A stretch of 60,990 nucleotides of DNA, filler included, from Sphacelaria rigidula (Eukaryota), in assembly GCA_964200075.2 (NCBI GenBank). It is 7 parts of 7 records of this genome, joined end to end, with 100 filler letters (N's around TTAATTAATTAA, not from the genome) between each part and the next. Parts side by side here need not be neighbours in the genome. Positions count along the whole stretch, not along the records: positions 34,912 to 43,538 come from CAXNAA020010564.1; positions 43,639 to 52,264 come from CAXNAA020010565.1; 5 more parts are not named here. The stretch is one strand, 5' to 3'. The notes under the pieces are model-generated. The model did not search any database. It saw nothing but the letters and a program-made list of their open reading frames with translations, and was not told where the DNA came from. Each line of letters opens with the position of its first letter. Position 1 is the first letter of the stretch. The position numbers and the translations under genes are program-made. Positions 37,601 to 49,855 of this stretch are shown one piece after another.

Positions 37601-40430
37601 CAACAGGAGCAGTTTTTGTCCATGGGAACCAAGCGCGTGCTGGATGAAGCCGAGCTGACCGACAATGAGAACGAGTCGAGGGCGGCGGATCCCATCGATA
37701 TGTTCAAGATGCCGGTCAGTGCCAGGCATCGTTCGAACTTGAGGGAACCGTGTGTGCAACTATCAAAGGGGTGAAAATATCGAGAGCGTATCGTTGCGAT
37801 CCGCGGAACGCCTCGTGGAGCATCATGTTATCGCAGTCTTTGCATAACTTGTGACAGCACTCCTTCTTGGCGACTTATTGCCACTGAGTACTTCTACCCT
37901 AGTATTTCCACCTCGGGTGGGGAGAAGCTCAATATCAATATCTGCAGGGACGATTGCGAAATTTCGCACCCCCTGTGTAAATCCATGATCCGGGGAAAAA
38001 TTAGTTAACGTCGCGCCGACTCATCCGCGTTCAATCAGGGTACGTGGGTGTGGAACTTACCATGCGCCCGTGCCACCTGGGTATTTGGCCTATTGGCTAT
38101 TCGTTACATCCAACCGATATTTTGCAATATTCAACGTTACCGCGCTGCCCAGCGGGTTTGCGTTCATGATCTGGACCACGGTCGCAAAAGTTACCCTCTC
38201 AAACAGCACGCCGTTTGACGCAGTATTATTGCACACCTTTGCTTCAACCAGCGAATTTGATGTCCCTAGCTTTTTGTTGACCCCGCCTTCTTGCCCTCGT
38301 GTTTTGCAATTCAACCATAGGATACATCAGCGAGCGTCGGCTTTGAGGTATCTCTTTCCCAGGGCAGCACAAAGCGTGCCAGTCGCGCAGCCAAATGCAG
38401 CTTGGTCCGGCAACCCATCAGACAAAGCAAGCGACAGCGCCTCAAAGGGTTACGCGGTGGAAGTCGTGAGAAGTAACGCATGCGGGTGAAGTATGAGGAG
38501 ACTCAAATCGCTGGATTGAGGATGCTCGCCCGCTTGGATATCGGATTGATGCACTCTCCCTGCAAGTCCTTTGGGTCGGTGCTGCAGTGCACTTTTTCAC
38601 TGCTCGGCCTCAAGTAGCGATGGCAACGGTGTTCGCGTTTCCCGCAGTGGGCAGCGATAACAAAGTCTTCCGAATGCAACAAGGACTTTTGATGAACCCC
38701 ATTCCTCACCGCCGGGTGGAAGAAGTCGATCAAGAAGAGTATGTGTGTGCACAGCATGTACGTATGGACTTGGAATTTTGGTGAACGTTTGTACCGAAGG
38801 AAAATAGAAACGCTAGAAAGGAGGGTCAGGCATTCCGGCGGAGGTCAGTTCTCCTCTTGGCCCCAGTTAGGTGTGCCAGTAGGAACGGTGTAGAAGCAAT
38901 AGGCAAGCGCTTGGACGGATGTACACGCGAGGCTTTCATTCAGAGTTTCAGTCTAGACTAGGTAGGAGCCTTTTTCTGTACGTGATAGGGCCACAAGCTT
39001 TTAGGTTCGTACGGGAGGGAAAAGATTTGCCATCGGTAAATTGTTTACACGCGGGGAGAATACCTCACAGGAAGTCATTCTTCCCGACCTTGTATTGTCT
39101 TTCGCTTTTGAAAGTGATTTGCTTGTCGCTATCGGACCGACACGTAGGGGATTTTTGTATGTAGAACGCACCATCTTTCCATGGACGCATGTTGGTTTCT
39201 GTACAGAACGCTCATCTCAGACACTAGGTATTCAACAATTTAGGGGTATGCTAGACTTCCTCTTTGAGGAATGTACACATGTATGTATTGCACGCAGTGA
39301 CAAAGAAACGATCTCACTCTTCATGGCTTGGGTAGGATAGTTCTAGGGCATCTTGATTTCTTGTCTACCTGAATTGGTGTGAAGGGGCTGGTAGATCCTA
39401 GGCAGGAATGCTGCAAGTTGGCCACCCTTGTGTAAGATGTTCTCGTTGACGGTGGTAGGCGATGTGTCATTTCTGTATTGGAAATATGTGTTCGCTGTAG
39501 TGGTCAAGCGTACCAATGGCAGTCTTTGAATCAACAACGAGATATCGAATGGTTGATTTATTGCTTGTTATTGCACACTAACTGATCATTCACAAATTCA
39601 GCCGCGGTCACAAAAAAGGACAAGCTGACGTGAACGAACGGAGACACACGTGAAAGAATATTCGAGGAATCGAAAGGGTGGAAAAAAGGGGACGTACTTC
39701 ATTTTCCCTGCTTGCCCTATACTTGGAAGTAGCACACGACTCTTCAGAGAGCACCTTCACACTAAAGACTATATTTTTACGAGCTGATACCAATGCGCAA
39801 CCCGACTTTTTGGTGTTCAAGGGTGTTGAAAACACATTCGTTCATAAAAAGTTGGAAGAATTCTCAACACCGTGGCCTGAGGGATATCGCGGAATCGGTT
39901 TTGGCTGTCTAAGGATAAAGCACGACGCCCACACTATTTTGTTTCCTGCGAAGTTGTCCCATTCCCCCGACCCGGGCAGTAATGGCCGCTTCGACGAGCG
40001 TCGAGACCGATCACGATGTCGGCCTCAACACACGGCCGGCTAACGTTGAAACCAACGAAGACATGTCCGCCTTTCGGTTGGGTCCATGTTCGACGGATGT
40101 ACGGCCGGATTCTTGACTGCGCGCCATTTTCAAGCCGTTCCAGTGGAACACACCGTCAGCACGATTGGCAATATCGGTGCTACCGCCTACATCCCAGCAC
40201 GGTCATCAATGTTGTATTGGATCATTCCACATGATACAGAAGATACCATGGAAACGGCGTGTCACCCCTTTCCCTTCATCTTTGTTTTTGGGCCAAGGTC
40301 CGCTCCGATCACCGACACAAGGAGCACTTTCTCTTGTTACGTACATAACGGTTCTTCCACATGCGCGTTCTCTTCGGCCTCTACCGGTACCATTGGTTCT
40401 AGTATCCACGGGTCACTGTGCATTTGCGAT

Positions 40431-43306
40431 CTATGCTGTCAGTAGCTCTGGCCAGTCCTTCGTCAACTGTTCCAACGTGGGCACTCCTGCTCTCGCGCCG
40501 GGCTTAGACAGCTTTCTCGCCGCTACTAAGCTCGACAGGGCCAGTGTCCTGGAGGGCGTTGAAGACGAACATGGAAACAAGGGAGGGGAAATTCGGTACT
40601 TCATGGCCCAACAGATAAAATCAGGACTCCTGGGTCAGGTTCATGCAAGTTCGCCGTCAAAAGCCTACGATCGACGAATACGTATGTGTAACGGATTTGT
40701 TCAACCCCAGCCCCAACCGCAACACAAGTCATACCAAGGACCCTCGGGCACGAGGGATGGAGGGAGTGCCCTACCAAAACTATGCGTTAGCCAACCCGGA
40801 ATAAGCGCGTCGCTTGCTGCGCGCGTTGGGAGCGCGTGAGACTGTCAGCTCCACCACGGGACCCGAATTTCAGTGTCAACACCAACATCAAGACTTGGCA
40901 TATTTCAACAGCTGATCTTTTATGAAATCGAGTAAACTTACTGTGATTTGTAGACAACCACCATCACGCATGATCGGACCTTAACCACTGCCGTACCGCG
41001 GCCTCCACGTCTAGCTTTGTATGTGGTTGACACCACTACGGCCGTGAAGATAAAACGTCGTCGACCGCTCTTGTTTACGAAGCGATGAAACATCACGATC
41101 CTCAACAGCGACAACTCTCCACGTGACAACCCGTTGTGAAGCCAACTGCTCAAATTCTTCGCTCTATCCTCGTGGTATTCTGAAAGGATGCCTACCTGCC
41201 GATCCCGATTCCATTAGTCACGCCGTAGATGAATGCTGCAATGAAGCTGTCGCCAGCACCGGTTGTGTCTACGATTTCGTTGTCAGAGACAGGCCAAGAG
41301 GGTGCTCGGACGACCAGCAAGCCCCCATCGGAGCTAGCCCCGACATCGCAGGAAACTCGGCTTGTGGAAATATCCATCGGGCACTTAGCCGGAACAGAAA
41401 CATCATTATACCCACTCCATGGTGGTGCTTCTTCCCTGCATTCAACACGTCGGCACACGGGTAAGCGTTTGAGGTACGCTTTACAATACAGCCGGTGTGT
41501 GGCCGCCATAAAGCGTATCCAAAGCGACGGGTTGTCACGAACATTGGTCGCCCATATGCCGAGATAATTCATACAGCGCGGTATACCTCGTGACCACTAC
41601 ACAGCCCTCAGCTCCGAGCGTGCTAGCCACTAGCTTCGCTCTCCCCTGGGACAGGAGATGTTGCAGCGCTTCTTCTCGAGAAGGCCTGGACAATGTCGAC
41701 GAAAAGTGCAGCACGAGGGGTAGAAACGACGCAAAAAGTATTAGCTTATGTACGTACACCAAGGGATGAACCGCAAGGTGCAAATGAAACACCTCAATCT
41801 GGTGTCGCGATATGATGCATGCGGTACCGACCGGTACCCTCGACATATCATTCCCATGTTTATCCCACACCCACGAACAAAGACATTATAAACACCGCAG
41901 CTAGGATGACAACAAATTACCCTCCCAAAAAGCCGCGTTTGCTGGAAAGAACGGAGAAGCAATATAGTCATGGTTCTGGGCATGTCTCTTGCGCTCTGCT
42001 CACTGCGGAAAATGCTCACCTCCCTGTAAAGGCCTGGGGGAAGTTCCCGTTGCAAATGATGTAGTCTGCAAGCGGCAACAGCTCTTTGAAGTGCGGGCGA
42101 TCTTTCTCGGCATCCACCACCACCGGGATGTTCCTGCTCGGCACCACAACCATGGTAGTTAGTCATGGCATCCAAATTTGGTCGGAAACCGCGAGATAAT
42201 TCTGTGGTTGCTCTTGTACATATACCGCGCGATGTGCAGCGAAACTTGCTGCTGAAAGATTCTGACGGTTGAAGAGCACATGCCGATCTTGTGGGGAGTC
42301 ATCGGCACAGCGCTCGCATAGGGATGACACGTCAGGTTGCGCAGTGAAGAGGAAATAGGGTAAATCGATTGTAATACGACATGGTAGAACCGAGATACAG
42401 AGAGGATACGTTTGCCGCAAAACCCGAGCACACATTGATTCATTTATCGGTTGGGTGATTTGTCACACATACGTATGTGAGGCAAAAAAGACTTGTGAAA
42501 CGATGACGGCTCGACGTCACCGTAGCAACACTTAATTTCAAGAGCACACCTCGACGAAGTGTTCCACGTGGGCTAAATCAGGTCTCTGCTCTCGCTCACA
42601 TTTCATTGGCTAATTGCGCCAGAGCAATAGCCGCTGCGGTGTGCCTTGAGTCCAGGTGCACAACAGAAACGCCTTCAAGCAAAGCCGCGGATACCTCTGA
42701 CGGCAGCATGTCTGCCAAGTCGTTTGCGAACAACATTTGCGCGAAACAAGAGGGGCAACGCATGAGTAAATTACCGCTCGACCATCCACTGTGAAAGTCG
42801 AATAGACAGCTATAGATAGGACGACAAACCAGTAGTATTGACTTCCACGTGTCATGAAACATGTTACCGATACGTTACCCCAATAAAGTGATGTCGTAGT
42901 CGAGCAGACCTCAACGAGGGGGATCAACAATGTTGTCGCCATGGTAGAACCTCTTTCACGTATCGTTCAACTATCTGCTGCGCATAAATGCTGTCCTCTT
43001 GCCTGAGCCAACAAGCACGCAGGGGCGAACTGGTTGCACAACGGGGTTCCATGATGATCCTTCTTCGTGTACGGCATCAGAGCTAAATGAACACACTCAC
43101 CCTCGGTTTGTGGTGTGTGCAAACATGTCCTTGTGAACCCCTCCCTGTCCACGATGATGTACGTAAAAGCGGAAGCGGTAGCATCGCTAACGACAACGCG
43201 AGAGACGTCCACGCCTTCCTCCTGCATGCCTCTCAAAATCAGGCTCCCGTTAGCATCGGAGCCCACTTTTGTGGCCAAGCACGCATCTAGGCCGAGGCGG
43301 CTAGCT
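40431..43306 (-). CDS. PfkB/ribokinase-family carbohydrate kinase (ketohexokinase/YihV-like subgroup), 5'-partial, 6 exons
   Basis: Exons 43306-43101, 42711-42600, 42133-42020, 41685-41587, 41435-41196 and 40548-40431 (TAG); GT-AG introns with consistent phases. Motifs SRLG..KVGSDANG, TRTCLHTP, VVDAEKDR, TLGAEG and the PfkB signature DTTGAGDSF. Confidence 0.93.
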
Positions 43307-44074
43307 CTGAAAAGGGCAAGCGACGAGCGTAGGGAACAAATAGACAAATAATCATATCGAGGGTCACGGGTAAGGCACAAACAACATTGAGAGTTCCATC
43401 CTTCCTTTTCAATCATGACGATAACAGCCATTTATAAAAATATGGACCGGGGGAGGGGGCGGGGGCGGGGGGGGGGGGGGTACTCATCCCGTTCCAGGCC
43501 TAGTGGGTGGGGCAGTGCGCCAGCAAGTGGTTGTCTCGNNNNNNNNNNNNNNNNNNNNNNNNNNNNNNNNNNNNNNNNNNNNTTAATTAATTAANNNNNN
43601 NNNNNNNNNNNNNNNNNNNNNNNNNNNNNNNNNNNNNNAGCCTGCCCTATCGTACTTTTCTTCCATACAGCCCTATCAACTATAGCTGGCAACCTCACCT
43701 CGACGGGGAGGGGGGGGAATTCCAATTGTTGATAAAAAAAATGAAGTTTTTTTTTTTTTTGCCCCGTTGATGCGATTCCTTCGCCGCTTTCGTCGGTTGC
43801 TTCCTGCTAGGGCTGGGCCACCTCTTTTATGATGGGTTGCATCATCGACCGTACTTACCTGCTCGGAAATCGTTGCACCCAACCCATTGTGAACACCTCA
43901 AGATTTTTTTTGTTGCTGTAACCAGCTACCACAGCTTCCTTCTTGTAATTTTGTACCAGCCGCAAAATACTGTCGGTTATTACACACGGTTTCGTGAAGA
44001 AGCGAAGAGGAAAAAGTCAGGTTCCTCAACAACCTTTTCGTGTTCACATACGAGTATACATGACTTCATGGCGG

Positions 44075-44320
44075 ACGAGGGAAAGGGACCGCTGAACCCG
44101 TACCCGTTTTGCGGTGAAGAATAAGGCTAGTATAGCACCGCAGCAGGAAGCTGGAGTACTAGAACAAAAAAGCAAAGAAAAAAACTCTTGCGTTGCTCCT
44201 TCCTCCTGCGTAACCCCGGCTGATACACCTTCGTATACCGAAAGGTGTTGGCTGGCGTCTAGAATAAAAGGGATGGCAACACGCGCGCGCGCGCGCGCGC
44301 GCGCACACACACACACACAA
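44075..44320 (+). mobile_element. 5'-truncated family B SINE ending in (CG)n(CA)n
   Basis: Body homologous to 24355-24555, followed by the microsatellite tail. Confidence 0.7.
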
Positions 44321-46556
44321 ACACATTCACACCTTTATGTTTTGATCACTTTTCTTCAGGGAGTGTGTCCATTTTGCTTCCTATTCTTATCTCGGTTACG
44401 TCCATCATGTGGATAATGACCACGACTGGATCTTGACTATCTGGAGGATGAGGTGAGGTGCGACGATGAATCAAAGGTTAGTTATGAGCTGCTGTATCGG
44501 ACTTAGTGTAGCGCCCGTCGATGAGGCTCAACACTTTCTCGTTTTCGGGGGAACTCTCATCCTGATTATCTTACAGCACCTCGTTTCTCATGACAGACCT
44601 CTACTGTATATCGCTGTCTCTATTTTATGTGGCCTCTGTATTGTTTTTGAAAATGGAGCTGATACAGTTGATGAATGATATCCTGATATATCTTGACAAA
44701 GATCATGCAAAACGCCTCCTGGTGATGCATATCTCCAACCGATAGGGTTGCGGACTGGACCAGTATCTACTGACAACATTCCTGTACTGGCAGTTTTCTG
44801 TACTGCGTCAGGGGCTGTCAGTACAGCCCGTACATACCCATCTTACGTACGTCCTATATTATACCTCCTAAACCACATGGAAACCCACCGAAACTGCGCC
44901 GCACAAGAGGCAGGAGAGGAGAGAGGTTGAGAACAGGGCACGCACATACTAGAGGGAGACCACAAAATCGATGGGCCAATGTGTCACTAGCAGCAGCAGC
45001 CCGCCCGCTTCAGACCCTAGCCCGGGTCTTCAGATCCCTGAACCCGCCGCGGCCACCAGCGAATCACGATTGTTGAGATTTTTCTCTGGGTATACGAACA
45101 ACTATTTGAAGAACGTTTTCACACCCGGGCAGGCATCATCGACGTGGCCCAAAATCACCCAAAAAATACCTTCTAGTAAAGCCAAATCGCGTAAAAATAT
45201 GCCTCCGGCGGGGCCCCCTCGCCCGCCGGGGGAGGGCGGTGGTCGCGGCTTCGCCGCGACACCAATGTACTGATAAGACCCAGTTTACCTGGTACCGGCT
45301 CGTAGCGCCAGTCCCCAACCCTACCAACCGACGCTTGGAGGGGAAAAGTTATTTCGCCAATAGACGGGCAGCAGTTTTTTCATCATAGTTGATGAGACCA
45401 AGACAGGTGTACCCTTTTTTGCCCTTCGTAGTGCATCATTCAGCTTTGGGAACTGTCGAGCTCAGCAGCAGTCTTTGAGCGATGGCTACCCCCGCCACGT
45501 CGTTCCTATACCCACTCACTCACCACAGTTGCTGTCGACGCATTCGACGAGCTAGATCTGAATGCTATCGTGGTGCAGCTGCTGGCGGCAGGGTCTTGTA
45601 AGGGGGGGCAGGCTTGCTGCTACGGTTCCATGCACGTTGCTTGTGTGTGTGTGTGTGTGTGTGTGCGTCAATGTTTGCTCGTCCTGCTCGATGGACTGTG
45701 GGGAAGGGGGGAGGGTGTTTTCCAGAAAACCACGTTCTCCCCCCTCCAAATTCTCCACGCCGCTCAGTTATTCAGTAATAGCCATGTGCATTCACCGCGT
45801 ATATGTGATACAAGCAACGGGAGAGAGATAGATCAGTCATTTGATACCACGGATTTATCCCCAAGAAGGGGAGGGGGGGGAGTGTACTCATGATCATGCA
45901 TGCCATAGTCATCAGACCATTGATCTCGCATCCCTACAAAGCCGGGACGGATCACGCCGGGTTTTCGCCGGACCAGGCTAGCACTCAGTTACCAAGCGCA
46001 GGGGAGGGGGGCGGAACTTGGGGACGGAGAAAAATAGTTCGATATATTTACGGTTGTTCTGAGACGGCAAAGCGCTGTTGATTGTGACTTCTGGATGGTT
46101 GGCTGTGGCGAGCGGCATGTTCATGCGTGGCAACGAGCTTTTCATTCAGGCGTTATATCTTCAAGCCTCCCGAAAGTTGCTCTTTTGAGAGTCCACCTAG
46201 GGGGTGGGTGGGAGGGGGCATTCAACGAGTAAAAAACATGAAAAACAACGTATTTCATGCGCCGTTCCGTAGAGTGTTTCTTCTTGCAATCAGGGTGGTG
46301 AGTAACAAAAACATGGCGCTGTCAAAGCGCGCCGTGCCATGATTCTTCAACTATGTACACGCCCCAATTTTGTTTGGTACGTCAAACGCATCGACGGACG
46401 GGTATGACCAGGGTGCTTTGTTACTTCCGCCGTTGTGGAAAAAGGGGGGGTGGGGGGGGGGGGGATAGCTACAGTGAGACAAGCCAAGTTCCGAAATCGC
46501 CTTCTTCCCTGGGTGCTACCGTTGTCTGCTTTTGACATGACGTTATGCGGAGGCAG

Positions 46557-46754
46557 GCCTTGTGCGCCGAAGAGGGCAGTAGCGATGCTCCTCTGGCTGC
46601 CCTAAGAGAGCTGTTCGCTGCGGCGGCTGGGCGGGCGAAGGAGGCCACTGATGGGCGTGAGGCAGAGGAGGATGCCTGCAATGCCGTCGCGGCGGAGAAC
46701 CTAGCGGTTGCTCGGGAGCTAGATGCCAATAGGACTGTAGCGAGCGGAGCCCAG
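46557..46754 (+). CDS. Probable internal exon of an unknown alanine-rich helical protein
   Basis: Boundaries gcag|...CAG|gtgtgt, 198 bp, phase 0-0, GC-rich: ALCAEEGSSDAPLAALRELFAAAAGRAKEATDGREAEEDACNAVAAENLAVARELDANRTVASGAQ. No recognisable domain. Confidence 0.5.
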
Positions 46755-46756
46755 GT

Positions 46757-46935
46757 GTGTGTCATACTCTAGTATGTCGTACTCCAATATGCATCACTCT
46801 TCAGTGAGTGTCATAATGTAGTGTTTATTATACTCTAGCGAGTAACCCACGTGTGTGTCATACTCCAGTGTGCATTATACTTCAGTGTCGTAATTTAGTG
46901 TTGTTCGTACTCCAGTGAGTGTGTGTCGTTTTCTA
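46757..46935. repeat. Degenerate ~16-20-bp minisatellite (GTGTCATACTC(C/T)AGT-like)
   Basis: Repeated GTCATACTC/GTACTCCAG units directly after the exon donor. Confidence 0.6.
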
Positions 46936-49855
46936 GGGATCATATATTAATTTGAATAATCGTAGTCCTCGGGTAAAAAATAACACCACACCCCTTGAAG
47001 CCCGACTCTGAATGACTATATAAAAATATACCCACCATGGGCATCGTCTGCAACTTGAATGGAACTCGTGGGCGGACAGCGAGTACGGCACGTGCTCTTC
47101 TACCCAGGCCGGTCCCGTAACTGTGAGTTGAACCCTGGTTTACTTCGATTCACTTCTCTCGTATTATACCCTTATCTTGTACTGGGGGTTTGCGGGCTCC
47201 CGCTTCTAACTCGATGGGGTGCCACACGACATGTAATACGGCTCGTTGGCAGGAACTGGACGGGTGTTACGGGACTGTAGGAATGGGTTGAGGAAAGGAG
47301 TGGCAGGCAGGGCGGTGGTGGGCGGGGGTCTGTTCACCGAGGAGAAGTATGACAATCACCCAGACGGGGATAGACAACGACGATGTTTTCAAGGCCGGGT
47401 CTCCTCGAGGCATGGAAATTTCAAGGAAAAAATACTGTTGGAGGTGGTTGTGACCGTTGAGCACTTTATAACTGGGAGAAATCGCCCGCCCTCCCCACTG
47501 CAGGCGAATAAAAATAATACTTCGAAGAATGTGACAATATGTCAAAGAGATAGCTGTGTACCTCTGGGGTGTGGTCCAGGCCCCGTCAGGAGCCAAACAG
47601 CCCACGCGTGGCAGCAATTTTATGTTCCCCGCATTCTCAACTAAATGTCCCTCCCTGCTGAAACGAATATATGTACACGTATCATTTCACATTTTTCACC
47701 ACTTTTGCCGAGTTTACTCTGGCAGCCAAGACATTTTTTCCCACGCTTTCTTTTGCAGCGCACTGATAAGGCTCAGCGGTACATTACCGTTCAGGTTTGG
47801 GCGTCATCTGATGCCTGTGGCGCGTGTCCTGGCCACCGGACGTCGTTCAAACCGGCCCTGTTTCGCGGGTTGTCGATCCCGAATCATAAAAGCCTCTTCA
47901 AGATCATGGAAATCTTGAAACAGAAACCCGAACCACAAAAGCCTGTTGAAGATTACGCCAAATTTGAAACAGGATTTCTTTTTGCGGGGTATTTTCCCCC
48001 CGTGTTTCTCTTTGGCGCGTTCTCGTTCATTTGGGAGCACGAACATGCCGGTTATGCCGCCAATGTCACGAGAACATGAGAGCAAAGCAATTTTAAAAAA
48101 ATGAACATTGCCTTGGCCTCAGCCAGCAGCGAACACAAGACCGTGCGATGGGCCGTTGGCGAGTTGAACAAGGCACAGCAACACGGTAGCACAGGAATGT
48201 TTCGCCGCAAAAAACAATCGCCCTGGTTTTGGAAAAGACCCGGTGATGTGAAAGCCACAGTGATGACGTACAACGAACATGCCAAGAATGTTCCACGCAT
48301 CCCAATTTCTCGGGAAGTGCCTCTCGCTGTCATGTCTTTGTGGCACGAGAGCTACTTCGCACTCTGGCACCTGGGGTATACCCACACATGTCCCACGCCG
48401 GCCGTTCCGCCGTCGGCCGCCGCCCGATTTTCCATATTTCCGAACGACATCCGATAAGACGTGCGATGTTTTGTGCAGCCACGGTCGCTACTGTACATTG
48501 AGATACAACAGTAGCTTATCGTGGCCATATATTTTCGACTTGCGTCACCCCCGGGAGGCCCGTGCCAACCTCCCGAAGAGGAACCTTGTATATACTACAG
48601 TATATAATTTTTGTCCTGAGCATGATTCGAACGGGGACCTGAGAGTAAATAGAACATCAGCCCTCAACCGATCAAGAGGATCAAAACCCCCCGTGAACAG
48701 TCACCATAATGATCAAAATCAAAATTATTTCAGTTCTCCTTTTTTTCTTCACTCGTCTCGATTGTACCGCACCCCCTCCTAAAATTCCGACTGCTGCACA
48801 CGTTAATACTGTATATGGATTGTTATGGATTGTTGCAATCAGCTAATGTGAGATAATCAATAAATCAGTCAATGCCCGGTGAGCCCCGGTGGTATGTCTG
48901 TCGCATCTCGAAAATGAGAGTTCGAATAACCCCAGCCCCAGAGGATGCGTTCTGTTTCTGTAGGGCCACTTCTTATGGTGAAACAAGAACATACGGTGAA
49001 AAACTGCCTTGTTGGTCTTTCTGCGTCGTTTTACGCCCTAAAAGAGGACCAGGCGGCTGTCTACACCTTGGAATGCCTTGCTCTACTCATTGAAACGGTC
49101 CCTGGACACCTTGACGTGTTTCCGGTGGCCTCAGTTTTTTTTTGTTTTTTTTTTTTTGGGGGGGGAAGGGCAAGCTTGCAGTTTCTTCCATCAAAAGGTC
49201 AAGGTTCAGAAAACACAGCAAAAAAAAACTCAAAAATGCAGTTTTGCAGGATATACATACATATAGAGATGGAGATATTTTTTGCCATAGGGAGGGACCT
49301 GAGAACGTATGTTTTCCGTTGTTGAAAAGGACAGCAGATTTGAACTTTACCGGAAATGTATTTCTTGGTTTTAGTTCGAACACTGATATTCGGATCTTAA
49401 GTGGGGCTGACGGTCCCAAGTGCTCCTAGCGTGCGCAGGAGGCGTTTTTGTCAAACTCAGCGCCGAAGGCGCCGATTTGGGGTCTGCCAACGCCACACCT
49501 TGCGTAGGGAACACTTAAACACTTTGCACTCCAGTCGCCCGAGGGGTCCCGGTATGTGTTGGGTTGGGGTTGGAGTTGGGGTTCAGCATTAGCGTTAGGT
49601 CGAAATAATATATTTATGAGAAAGTTCTCTGAAAGCTCAATCGACCAAGTGGTGAATACACCTCCGGCCCGGGGCGGTGAGGTGCGGAATTGCTCATCAG
49701 ATCCGCGGTACGTACCAAAATGGGAGGCATGTACCGTGGAAGAAATGCGTGCATGGATTCCTTGAGGTTTTGGACTCATTTCGAAGAAGGGGAGGGGTTG
49801 AAAGCACAAACAATGTATATTTTTGTTTTTGCTCTTCAGTTTTTTCCTTTTGTTA

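Noticed and set aside
47645..48457. Two ORFs of 144 and 118 aa as a possible transposase remnant
   Set aside because: No catalytic motif or splice support could be recognised.
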